NCBI GenBank assembly: GCA_051362555.1
Contig: CM120647.1
Location: 7,998,001-8,062,000 of the forward strand
Reading direction: 5' to 3'
Source: Lingula anatina
Lineage: Eukaryota > Animalia > Brachiopoda
DNA: 64,000 nt
The first letter of the stretch is position 1, and every line of letters begins with the position of its first letter. Positions 1 through 12,459 of this stretch are shown here, piece by piece. The notes below the pieces were generated by a model that made no database searches, was not told the origin of the DNA, and saw only the letters and a program-made list of their open reading frames with translations. A program made the position numbers and the translations under genes.

Positions 1-912
1 AGCAACTGCAATTTTTTTTTCCGCATTGCAACTGCCAAGGATATATCAAGGGGCGGATTGAGGCTGTCTTCTGGGTCTCCTGGAAGATGATCAGATTGTC
101 AAGTTAACATTGATGGGTGTCCAATTTTCACAGTTGGAAAATGGTCAAAAGTGGAAGAAGGATCAACAAAGGTAACTTGGAAGACTGTCAGAAAATATCT
201 CTGGATATCCTCATCCTCTTGTCTTAATATCCATGTAATCCTTCAAGTATTGTAATCAATTTTCCTTTCTTGCATCAAAATTGACAAAATAACCTGCTCT
301 GTGCACTTTTATTTTCTGCTTTTTTTTTTTTTTTTTGGCCAGTACATTTGACAGTTTTGCAGTTTTTTTAAAATTTATTGATTTATTTTCATTTTTACTT
401 ATAAGACCACCCTCATTGGTGCAATTTGTCTAAAAAAATCCCATATATGTAAAAAAAAAAAAAAATCAAATATTTGCTGAAGGAACATTAAAAAAAAAAG
501 GCAAAAAAAATCAAAAAATCGTAGTGCTACCCCTGACATGATGGATCATTAACCTGAGATAAATGAAGTGTTTTCCCTGTGAAGTCTTATAGACTCTGAA
601 GCATGAACTTTTTCAACCATGCAATATGTCCTTTATTCTACCTCCTTCATTCAAGATTTAACAGTGTGTAAAATGTCCATCCTTACTTTCTAATGTATGC
701 ACTATGACATACACCAGTTTTTCGGTGAAAAATCAACGAAATGAAAATTAATGAAATATCATCTATAACCTCAATTAATTCTCTATCAACATGAAGCCAT
801 TTGATAAATCGTTTTTGTTACTTTATTTACCCACATTTGAATGCATGAGAACTTATAACTAATAGGTTAGATCAGTGCATCTCAAATTACTCAGATATCA
901 TTTTATGTCTTC

Positions 913-1464
913 CTAGACATTATGCATCCCAGCATCTGCAAAAACGTTTCTAAACATTGCAACAGGGTATATAACAGGTCCTTCTCCTGGAGCAACATCA
1001 TCTTTCAATTCCTTTTTCACTTCTGCTTCATTACGAAGTGTGTGGTTCCATTCATGAAGTACACATCCATGTCTGCTTTTAAAGCTCTTTTCACAATACT
1101 GGCATTTGTATGGCCTTTCTCCAGTGTGTGTCCGTTCATGTCTTGTACATAAACTTTTTGTAATAAAACTATTTTCGCAATACTGACATTTGAATGGTTT
1201 TTCTCCAGTGTGGGTCCTTTCGTGGTCTCTACATCCCCTTTTCTCAAGAAATCTCTTTTCACAATGCTGGCATTTATGAGGTTTTTCTCCAGTGTGTGTC
1301 TTTTCATGATATGTACGTTTACCTTTGGTAATAAAACTCTTTTCACAATACTGACATTTGAATGGTTTCACTCCAGAGTGAGTTCTTTCTTGTGCCGAGG
1401 TTTCATGTAGTGTACCTGCGCCATTTTGTAAATCCACGGTTTTCTTAAAATTTGGCATTTCCAT
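913..1464 (-). CDS. C2H2 zinc-finger protein, copy 1 (4 fingers)
   Basis: Four CxxC-x12-HxxxH fingers with TGEKP linkers. The C-terminal tail VKKELKDDVAPGEGPVIYP is shared with copy 2. True start uncertain. Confidence 0.85.
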   Translation of the reverse strand: MEMPNFKKTVDLQNGAGTLHETSAQERTHSGVKPFKCQYCEKSFITKGKRTYHEKTHTGEKPHKCQHCEKRFLEKRGCRDHERTHTGEKPFKCQYCENSFITKSLCTRHERTHTGERPYKCQYCEKSFKSRHGCVLHEWNHTLRNEAEVKKELKDDVAPGEGPVIYPVAMFRNVFADAGMHNV

Positions 1465-2035
1465 GTTTAACCCAGCAGTATCAAGAAGAAAATTTCTTCT
1501 TAGAACACCAGTTCACGGACGGCTTATCTCTAGGTTGAACCTTCGTTTGGTTTAACTGCTTATTATATCAGTTAAAATATTTGTACGTGTAAATCACTAC
1601 ACATACGTGAGTGTTAGTGCACGGTCGCTGAGCTTTGGATAATCCTTGTGGAGGCGAAGTTAAGTTAATTTTTTTGCAATCAAATCTTGCACCCTCACCA
1701 GCTTCAAAATGCTTGATGATATACAGCAGAGTTGGATAAGTCTATCCGTCCACTTATCCTCCCCTCCCCGTCGCTTTTTCTGGCAAACAGACAAAGAAAC
1801 TACTAGTATGCAAGGAAAAAGGTGTTATACTGCTCACCGATGCTATTTATCTGACATTATTCGGGACGGGCCACATTCCAATTCGCCTGTCTTTTATTTC
1901 AGTTATTCTTCTATCAACAAGAAGTAATACAATGCTTGATTCAATTTTCCACTTTAAATTATTACCTCAATTTTTATGTTTGACATGCCACAAGAAACAA
2001 GTGATATAATGAAATCAGTGTATCTTAAATATCCT

Positions 2036-2262
2036 AGACCCCATTCCCATAGATTTTAGATCGATCTATCCCTGTTGGGAGTCTCACAAGATTACTGTCA
2101 GCTTAGCCAGCTTAAGCGTCTAACCCGCCTACTAAAAGCTGTAAAGGGGTAATTAACTATGGTGCTCGCTCGGCTGACTGCAATTTAACACGAACCCCCA
2201 TGGAGTTAGGTCGATCTAAATCTAAATCTCTGGATTGATCTAAATCTCTGGGAATGCACCCC
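2036..2262. mobile_element. PIF/Harbinger-like MITE, family A (CATTCCCA...TGGGAATG ends)
   Basis: Terminal inverted repeats; internal sequence matches the copies at 5605 and 32949. Confidence 0.75.
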
Positions 2263-2968
2263 TACACATAATTTCATCAGCAACTGCATTTTTTTTTCAC
2301 ATTGCAACTGCCAACAGGATATATCAAAGGGCGGATTGAGGCTGTCTTCTGGGTCTTCCGGAAGACGATCAGATCGTCAAGTTTACATTGATGGGTGTCT
2401 AATTTATACTGTCGGAAAATGGTCAAAAGTGGAAGAGGGATCAACAAAGGCAACTTGGAAGACTGTCAGAAAATATATCTGGATATCTTCATCCTCTTGT
2501 CTTAATATCTATGTAATCATTCAAGTATTGTTATCAATTTTCCTTTCTTGGGACGGGCCAGTAGTGCTACCCCTGACATGATGGATCATTAACCTGAGAT
2601 AAATGAAGTGTTTTTCCTGTGAAGTCTTATAGACTCTGAAGCATGAATTTTTTTCAACCATGCAAAATGTCCCTTATTCTACCTCCTTCATTCAAGATTT
2701 AACAAAGTGTGTAAAACGCCCATCCTTACTTTCTAATGTATACACTATGACATACACCAGTTTTTCGTTGAAAAATCAAGGAAAATGAAAATGAGTGAAA
2801 TATCATCTATTACTTCAGTTAATTCTCTATAAACAAGAAGCCAACTGATGAATCATTTTTTTCACTTTAAATTATTTACCCACATCTTAATGCATGAGAA
2901 CTTAAAACTAATAAGTTAGACCAGTGCATCTCAAATGTCTCAGACATCATTTTATGTCTTCCTACACA

Positions 2969-4066
2969 TTATGCATCAGCGTCTGCAAAAACATTTCTAA
3001 ACATTGCAATAGGGTATATAACAGGTCCTTCTCCTGGAGCAACATCATCTTTCAACTCCTTTTTAACTGCGGCTTCAATACAAAAACCCTTTTGTTCCCT
3101 TGTCCCTGGATCTGAATCCTCAATTTGAAATTCTGTCTTTAACTGAAGAGAAAAAACATTCTCACTAAAGCCCCTATCAAAATATTGCCATTTGACTGAT
3201 TTTTCTCCAGTGTGGGTTCTTTCGTGTCGTGTACAGTTACTTTTCACACAAAAACTCTTTTCACAATACTGGCACTTAAAAGGTTTTACTCCAGTGTGAG
3301 TCCTTTCATGTGGTATACAGTCACTTTTTGTTCTAAAACTCTTTTCACAATACTGGCATTTGAATGGTTTTTCTCTAGTGTGGGCTTTTTCATGTTCTGT
3401 ACAGTTTTTTTTCCAATGAAAACTCTTTTCGCAATACTGGCATTTGAATGGTTTTTCTCCGGTGTGGATCCTTTCATGTGTTAGACAGTTGCTTCTCTCA
3501 ATAAACCTCTTTTCACAACACTGGCATTTGAATGGTTTTTCTCCAGTGTGGGTCTTTTCATGTGCCATACAGTTACTTTTTGAACTAAATCTCTTTTCAC
3601 AATACTTGCACTTGAATGGTTTTTCCCCAGTGTGGTTCCTTTCATGTAGTACACATCCCTGTTTGCTTTTAAAACTCTTTTCACAATACTGACATTTGAA
3701 TGGTTTTTCTCCAGTATGGGTCCTTTCATGTCGTCTGCATGAACTTTTCTCGCAAAAACTCATTTCACAATACTGACATTTGAATGGTTTTTCTCCTGTG
3801 TGGGTCCTTTCATGCTGTATACATGTTCCTTTCTCGCCAAAACTCTTTTCACAGTGCTGGCATTTAAAAGGTTTTTCTCCAGTGTGTGTCCTTTCATGTC
3901 TTGTACGTTTACTTTTTGTTATAAAACTTTTTTCACAATACTGGCATTTGAATGGTTTCACTCCAGAGTGAGTTCTTTCGTGTACCGAGGATTCATGTAG
4001 TATACCATCGCCATTAGTTAACTCCAAAACGTTTTTCTTAAAATCGGGTATTTCCATGCTTAACAC
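2969..4066 (-). CDS. C2H2 zinc-finger protein, copy 2 (9 intact fingers + 1 degenerate)
   Basis: Nine tandem fingers (KPFKCQYCEKSF...HERTHTGE); the tenth is degenerate (VKWQYFDRGF). Confidence 0.9.
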   Translation of the reverse strand: MLSMEIPDFKKNVLELTNGDGILHESSVHERTHSGVKPFKCQYCEKSFITKSKRTRHERTHTGEKPFKCQHCEKSFGEKGTCIQHERTHTGEKPFKCQYCEMSFCEKSSCRRHERTHTGEKPFKCQYCEKSFKSKQGCVLHERNHTGEKPFKCKYCEKRFSSKSNCMAHEKTHTGEKPFKCQCCEKRFIERSNCLTHERIHTGEKPFKCQYCEKSFHWKKNCTEHEKAHTREKPFKCQYCEKSFRTKSDCIPHERTHTGVKPFKCQYCEKSFCVKSNCTRHERTHTGEKSVKWQYFDRGFSENVFSLQLKTEFQIEDSDPGTREQKGFCIEAAVKKELKDDVAPGEGPVIYPIAMFRNVFADADA

Positions 4067-5064
4067 AGCAGTATGTCGAAGAGAATTCCTTTTTAGAACA
4101 CCAGTACACAGATGGTTTCTCTCCAGTATGAGTTATTTAATCTATTAAGCCGTTGCCTCTGTTAGTAAATCTATTTGTACATGACATGTAAATTACTACA
4201 TGGGTACGAGTCCACAAGATTCTGTGATTTGGATCATCCTTGTGGAGGTGAAGTTTAATTAATTATTCGCAATTAAAAGTTACACCCTCACCAGCAACAA
4301 AATTATTGATGACATACAGCAGAGTTGCATAAGTCTATCCGTCCCTTTCCATCGTATTGTGGCAAACAAAGACAGACTTATTAGAAACCATCCAAGTAAA
4401 AAGGGTAACAAACTATTCATCGATGCTATTTATCTAACATTATTCGTGACAGGCCCGAAGTGGGTTTGGCAACTTTTTTTATTCTATTTTCATTTTTTAG
4501 CGACAAAAGACAAAATAATGTTTTTAGATTTATTAGCTTATCTGAAACTTGAATTATTGTCCAATATCAATTAGTAATGATAATATAGAAATTAAATACA
4601 GATTTTGATGTGGGATTCTTTATTTTTTCAGTGAGCTCAGAAATAAATGGGTGGTATATCTATCCCATTCGACTCAACTGGAGCAACTGTGAGAGGTGAT
4701 CAAGGTACATTGTGCAAAAGGAGGGCAGAGTATTAATTAACTAGTAGTTGGCATTACGTGAGGAAAAAACATTTCACCCAAAACACCCTTCAAACCAAAT
4801 AAAGCATGTACCACCACACTTACATACTAAGTTTTTTTTTACAAAAAAACAACATTTGACCAAATATTATTTTGAAATTTTGTTGTAAAAAAAAATAAAA
4901 TAATAATAATGAAAAATAAATAAATAAATAAGAAAGAAAATTAATGTGCTTCCCCTAGATGACAAATGTCTAATTAATGGATCATTAACTGAACATTATA
5001 TAAGCGTTTACCTTGTTAGAAAGGATGCATACTGATGGGCTTAGGAAGTGTGAATAGTTGACCT

Positions 5065-5096
<32 letters not shown>

Positions 5097-5604
5097 CTAC
5101 CACAAAACTTACACTACTAAACTACTACAAGCTGTAAGGGGGTAATTTACTTTCGTGTCCACTCGGCTGACAGCATGAACCCCCAGGGAGTTAGGTTGAT
5201 CTAAAGTAGATCTATCTAATCTCTGGGGTTTTATAGGGACCTAGTAGTAGTACAGGTCTCAGCTTTCAAAATATACAATCTGAATCAGTGAAATGAAAAG
5301 AAGACTAGAGTCTCATCTTATACTTCAGTCATTTTCCTATCAACAAGAAAACATGCAATCATGATAATTTTTTTTTTTCATTTTTAATTTATCTCCTTTC
5401 TTAATGTTTGACAAGCTACGACTACCAAGTTAGGTTAGTGTATATTCAATGTCTTTGATATGATTTTATGCCAAAATTGACAAAATAACCTACTATTTCA
5501 ATATTCTAGAAATTTTGCTAAAACAACATAAAGGAGAAGAAACAATCTCTTAATAAATGAAAAGAAACAAAAGAGAAAAAATCCTAGTCCTACCCCAAAT
5601 GTCT

Positions 5605-5822
5605 TAGACCCCATTCCCACAGATTTTAGATCAATCTATCCCTGTGGGGAGTCTTACTAGATTACTGTCAGCTTAGTTGGCTTAAGCGTCTGCCTTGCCC
5701 ACTAAAAGCTGTGAGGGGGTTATTAACCGTTGTGCGCGCACGGCTGACTGCAATTTAGCATTAACCCCCCAGGGAGTTAGGTCGATCCAGATGGATCCCT
5801 CTAAATCTTTGGGAATGCACTC
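5605..5822. mobile_element. MITE family A copy (partial copies also at ~5132-5230 and ~9289-9415)
   Basis: Near-colinear with 2036-2262. Confidence 0.75.
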
Positions 5823-6292
5823 TCATTAATGGATCATTTGCCCAACCTGACTTGTTTTCCCTGTAAAGTCTTAGAAACTGTGAAGAATGGATTTTGTTGA
5901 CCTCCCAAATGTTCCTAATTTTTAATCTACCTCCCCTTTTTTAAGATTCAAAAAGCATGTGCATTGGGTGCTTGGTTACGGAACTTTCAAATGTATACAC
6001 TTGTAGCACAGGGCCCCATAACTTGAAAGCGTTGCGTATTACAAACAGTGATATTAAATAGAGGCTACAATGTATTATATGGGGCAAGTTATGGAATCGA
6101 GAGGCTTGCGCTTGGTTAAATGCACAATTCTTTTGAGCTATGGGACCATGGTCTCAGCTTTCAAGATTTACATCAATGAAACAAAAATAAGAATGAATCT
6201 CATCTTTTACTTCAGTCATCAAAAATATTTCTTAACATTGCAAAAGGATGTATCTTAGGCCCCACTTTTGGGGCAATGTTATCATCTATCTC

Positions 6293-7508
6293 CTACTTGA
6301 CTATGGCATCACTGCCATCAGTAAAGAAATCCCTTTCTTCTCTTAGCCTTGAAACAGAAGCTTTATCTTGAAATTTCTTTTTCCCAGACTCAAGTGAAAG
6401 TATAACCCTATGTGAAATATCCTCATCTAGAAATTCTTTCTCGATAAACTGAATTGGAAAGTCAGTGTGAATTCCTTCTTCATGTTGTATACATTTACTT
6501 TTCTCACCATAACTGTTCACAAAACTAGCATTTGAACAGTCTTCCTCTAGTGTGGGTCCTTTCATGTTTTTTACAGTAATCTTTTTTAATAAAACTCTTT
6601 TCACAATACTGGCATTTAAATGGCTTTTCTCCAATGTGGGTCCTTTCATGTTGTAAACAACCCGGTTTGCTTCTAAAACTCTTTTCACAATACTGGCATT
6701 TGAAAGGGTTTTCTCCACTGTGGATCCTTTCATGTACTAAACAGCCACTTTTATCAAAAAATCTCTTTTCACAATGCTGGCATTTGTATGGCTTTTCACC
6801 AGTATGGATCCTCTCATGTGTTATACAGTTACTTTTTATACTAAAGCTCTTTCCACAATATTGGCATATGAATGGTTTTTCCCCAGTGTGTGTCCTTTTA
6901 TGTAGTAACAATTTACATTTTCTACCAAAACTCTTTTCACAAAACTGGCATTTGAAAGGTTTTTCTCCAGTGTGGATCTTTTCATGTCTTGTACATCGAC
7001 TTTTGCATCCGAAACTCTTTTTACAATACTGGCATTTGAATGGCCTTTCTCCAGTGTGGGTCCTTTCATGTGTTACACGGTAGTGTCTCTTAATAAAACT
7101 CTTTTCACAATACTGGCATTTGAAGGGTTTTTCTCCATTGTGGTTCATTTCATGCCATACACAAGCACTTCTCTCACTAAATCTCTTTTCACAATACTGG
7201 CATTTGAATGGTTTTTCTCCAGTGTGGGTCCTTTCATGCCGTGGAATGGAACTTCTGTCACTAAAACTCTTTTCGCAATACTGGCATTTGAAAGTTTTTT
7301 CACTCGTGTGTCTTTTTTCATGCTGTGCACAACTACCTTTCCCACTAAAACTCTTTTCACAATACTGGCATTTGAATGTTTTTTCTTCAGTGTGGGTCCT
7401 TTCATGTTGTTTACAGATACGTGGGGTATATAACTTCAAAACGCTTTCAGCAACAATTGCATTTAAATTGGGTTTCTCTAAATTGGGTAATTCCATGCTC
7501 AACACCAA
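6293..7508 (-). CDS. C2H2 zinc-finger protein, copy 3 (10 intact fingers; 11th finger and tail broken by stop/frameshift; possible pseudogene)
   Basis: ORF 6525-7508 ends at FKC-TAG where CAG (Gln) is expected. The rest of the finger (GEKSKCIQHEEGIH) and the tail continue in another frame to 6293. Confidence 0.8.
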
Positions 7509-7632
7509 CGTTTTTTGAAGAAATTTCTATTTAAAACATAAGAACATGGATGGTTTCTTTCCAGTGTGAGTCTTTTAATGGGTTTTCTTCAAATTGGGTA
7601 ATTCAATGTTCAACACAGAAGAATTTCGAAAA

Positions 7633-7640
<8 letters not shown>

Positions 7641-7705
<65 letters not shown>
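7641..7705. repeat. (TA)n microsatellite
   Basis: Read directly. Confidence 0.95.
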
Positions 7706-7706
<1 letters not shown>

Positions 7707-10045
7707 CACTTTCACATGGATTGTCTGTTTCTTGTGTAAGTCCTTCAATGTATTGAGCAGCTGGTTCTGCTGGCAAATATACCTATCTACTTGTACTTCC
7801 TGGTAAATCGCTGGGCTGATTACTGGGTCAATCCACGGTGGTTGTAGTTTGGGGTAATTCCGTGGAGGCAAAGTGACGATAATGATGTGCGTGTAAATGT
7901 TGCAGTCTCACAACAACAAAAGTCTTGAGTATGTACAGCATTGTTGCATGATACTACCCGTCCCTAACTGCTTGTGTCCGCAAACAATGTGATTCACCTT
8001 CTAAGTCTATTCACAACTCTGAAGGAACTAATGTCAGTAAAAAGGGTAACATACTCTTCATCGACACTATTTATCTAACATTATTCAGGACAGGCCACAT
8101 TCCAATTCGATCAGTTGAATTAGCATCGCGGATATGTTTCAAGATATTTTAATAATTTGAAACTGTAAATATTGTCTTGTATCAGTCATTTATAATTTGC
8201 AAACATTTAATATGGATTTAGCAGTTGCTCGAGGTGTTCAGGCACAAATATCGCATCAACCGTCTAAAATGACTTTCACTTTAATTTATAACTGTACTGA
8301 ATTTCGGTGTATCAATCAACTAATCTATGGGCTTCGACATGACTCCAGATTCGACTAAGTCTTTCACTTCACGTGCACAGAGCAGCATAACAGAACAACC
8401 TCGCATCTTCAGTCTCAAATCTAAAGTGTCTTTATTAGGTGCAAGCATTCAATTTTTATGTATTGTCTACAGGAAATCCATGCGTACATGTACTGAGTAC
8501 GTGGCTGCTACTTATTTACATACTAATTGTTGTGCAATATTTACAGGTGATATGCATCTGTCTCAGGCATAGGCCTACCCATGGGCCTCTACAGAAAATA
8601 ATATTTATGTATGCAGGACAGACACAAATTAGTTAACAATATGTTGATTTTAATCAACTATGAACTAAGTTAAAACTATGATTGTACACATTGTGGAATT
8701 TGTGCAGGATTCCACAGGCCTTCCCCTAATTCTACAACGGGTAACATCTCAAACGAAAAGCAATGCTTTGCACATGTTAACAAACATACATGAACGTGCA
8801 TTGTTCTTATTTAGTCAATTCCCAATCACGGCGTTTTTCAACAACTAATTAAAGGTCAATTAGACTAATAATCCATCCCAAATTGCCGCACATATAGCAG
8901 TGGCGGGTTAAGAGTCAGGTGTCAGGGGGTCCCGACCCCCCCTTTTTTTTGATTTCTGATAAAATATTCACACCAAAAAACGTCTAGCCAAATCATAGTT
9001 CTAAACTGCACCAAATGGGGCCATGTGCCCTACCAAAAACAATTTTTGGGACCCTCAAGGGTGCCCCAAAATTAATCTTACCCCAAGGGGATGAGGGTCA
9101 GCCTCACAATCCCAGGCCTATCAATCCCGAAAAAAACGTACCTCCATGCGTATAACTCCACCTACATGTAGTTTACTGTGAAAACACCCGGGAGACTAAG
9201 TAATGTCATCAATACCAGTGTACATATCAAACAGGGCCGCGTCCTCAGCCCCTTACTGTTCAACATTTTAATTAGGGACATTCCTGACTTAGGGTGCATT
9301 CCCAGAGATTTAGATCAATCCAGAGATTTAGATTTAGATCGACCTAACTCCCTGGGGATTCTCGCCAAATTGCAGTCAGCCGAGCGGGCACCATAATTAA
9401 TTACCCCCTTACAGCAAATACGACTTACTCAAAAAGCCGTTGTGACAGTAATGGCAGTCCGCTATCTGAACCGTTGTTCTCTCCTATTTACTTTTTACAG
9501 ATGATTCGATCGAACAATGGCCTTGAATAGGTAGCCCCTTTTTGTCGGGGCAAATTCAATTTGGCAGGGAATTCCCAGACACTGTTAAGATGCCAGTATC
9601 TAGTACGTGTACAGTACCTTTAATCTTTACACTTAACGAAAAAAAAAGTGAGTCACACCTGTCAAACCACAACTATTTCTTCCGGGATGTCTCTTTGTGC
9701 ATGCGCATGTCATACTAAGAAGACTCGTAAAAATAATGGCTATAATGTTTTCTTGGAAGATATAAATAAATATTCGAGACGCTTTAATAGGCTGTGTCTG
9801 AAGCCTTGAAATATGCCAAGGGCTCACACGTCTTCCGCGTTGATACAGGTATAGGCTATTAGGCTACTTGTCAGAAGCCTACAGATCTGTTTCTTTCTCT
9901 TGTCAATATTATAACTCTTATACATGTATATCTTTAGACGTTGAAACAAGTGATACAAGAAACCGTGTTATCTTGTATCACTTTCATACCAAGAGAGAGG
10001 GAGTAAACAAGGCATTAGTTGGACATTGAGATCACGTGCTTCACG

Positions 10046-12010
10046 ATGACCTATGAGACGAACAGAACTGTTTTGTGTGGGTTTTTTCCGGACCAACCCC
10101 ATCGTTGTGTAAGTATATCAATTAATCAGACTCCTTTTAAAATCAAACCGATTTAAAGGAATGATAAAGATACTAGTACCGAAGTTATTAACTTGGATTT
10201 CAAATTGCTTTTAAAATAAAAAAATGTGATTATGAGATGAATCAATGAAAAGATTATTGTTGTTTGTTTTATTTGTCCGAGGATAAACTAAGAAATAACG
10301 ATTTTTAGAGCAATGATACATATAATCAATAGCAATCTATCACATTTCCTATTAGTTCCGTGTTCTATCCGGATTTAATGCTGAGATATAACAGACAGTC
10401 AATCGCATTTTTTTACTCACACTTGTATACACTGCACAGGTGCATGTTAATATTTTTAAAGTTAAAACTGCTAGCACAGCTACAGTGGAAGGACATCAAG
10501 CAAAAACCACATGCAGATAACCACTCGTGTGCAAGGTGGATGTGACATTCATTTACCCCGGTATGCATATATGCACATAAACTGAATCATGTTTTATCTA
10601 ATAAGTTCAGTAAAGACATTCAATTTATTATCCCAGGAGTTGGTCGCTGGTATCTATACAGGCGTCGCATCTTTATCTTTCGTCTTCAGGTAGGTGCTTC
10701 GGTACTGCTGGGTTTTGCCAATGTGGGTAGGTTTTAAAAAAAAAAGCATAGTTTTTCTACAGTGCATTGTACTAGTAGCAGAGGCTGCTAGGCGACGGTG
10801 TGTAGTTATGCAAAAATCCCCGTAGAACGTAATATAAATGTGAATAGCTGGGACATATAGCATAATAAATGCATGTATTTGGATTTCTGGTGGACAAAAT
10901 TCTTTCTGTGGCTCTTGCAGAAAGGGGGGGGGGGTAGGGATCGATAGCAAAAGTCAACAGGAACAGTTTCATTAAAATGTGTAGGACACGGAAATGTATA
11001 ATGTGCTATACAAGATATAGAAAAAAAAATATGTTTATTGAGCACGAAATCGCATAATTTGCCTATTTGTTGACTCTGTTTTGGATACGCAGCATTTGAT
11101 AAATAATGATAGTGATAATGCACAAAACGGAAAATAAACGTCATCACTTGCAAGGACATTAAAACAACATTGAATTGAGCGGGAAATAGTTTAGCGAGGA
11201 TTTATGTAATTTCTGAAGAAGTGTCGCCAATATATCAGAAAAAAAATGATTAACAACGATTAACAATTAACGAACGGTTACTTCGGGAGGACATAAAATG
11301 CTTTCAAAAGGTTTATAATCTTCTTCATATTTTGCAATTGGTATATCAAGTACAGAAAGAACGTGTTTTGTGTAGATTGCATAATAAATTGAAAATAAAG
11401 ACTCACACATGAAACGGTCTAGTGAGGATGAATGCGAAGCACAGGGGCCTTTATTAGAAAGAAAAAACATAACTAACAAAAGAGTGTCAACCGTAAACAA
11501 TAACAAGTTGATTACTATTTATGGTATTAAATTAGTCGGCTAAACTCACAAAGCCGACTACGTAAAATTGACTTTAAACGCATTACATTATTTCAGTATC
11601 CTGGTGGTCGCGTATATTGTGCTCTTCAAGCGTTATGTGTACTTCTCCCAGCGTCTCATTATGTATCTCTGCATCACTTCCACTTTTGACAACATGACAC
11701 ACTTTTGGGTGAGACGTTTTTTATATTTATTAGTGTATTATTTATACTGTTGTATATTGGCCCAGTTGATTATCCATTCATTCATTTTATGCTTATCTGT
11801 TCATTCTGGCGCTTAATTTAATTGTCTCCTTCACTCAATCTTTCAGTTTGTCGTGCATTTGTATACGCCTTTAGATTTATTAACCTCTCATTTTAATCTG
11901 CCCCATTCGTGTGTTAATTTACTTATTCATTCACCAAGAAAATCATGTAAGTGAATGTTACATAAATTTCTCTTTAGTTGGACTCATGTCAAGCCTGTCT
12001 CTCCCTCTGC

Positions 12011-12086
<76 letters not shown>

Positions 12087-12113
12087 CCCTCTCTCTCTCT
12101 CCCTCTCTCTCTG

Positions 12114-12193
<80 letters not shown>

Positions 12194-12400
12194 AGATCTC
12201 TTCTGTAGGCTACGTATGTGCATTTCAGTGCGATGTATTAGGATCCCCCTGTCTTTGTCAATATGTTAAGTGATGTATCCTTACATTAGACAGGTGCTTC
12301 CACCCACAACCCGACGCTTTGTGAAGCGCAGGCATTCTTTGAGCAGTTCTGGGGTAAAAGTCATAACTGTCTCCCTTTCCCCATTTCGGTAGCCCGATCT

Positions 12401-12459
<59 letters not shown>

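Larger units (their letters stand above)
1..8110. repeat. Tandem segmental duplication, three units each carrying a ZF gene (~1-1900, ~2279-4460, ~4950-8110)
   Basis: 1-270 matches 2279-2550 and 520-1010 matches 2560-3060. The upstream motif ctatttatct(g/a)acattattc recurs near 1843, 4425 and 8066. Confidence 0.85.

Noticed and set aside
922-7518. Many antisense and alternate-frame ORFs over the ZF genes
   Set aside because: Shadows of the 84-bp finger periodicity.
10654-11159. Minus-strand ORFs
   Set aside because: Antisense to GPCR exon 2 and its intron; no protein features.
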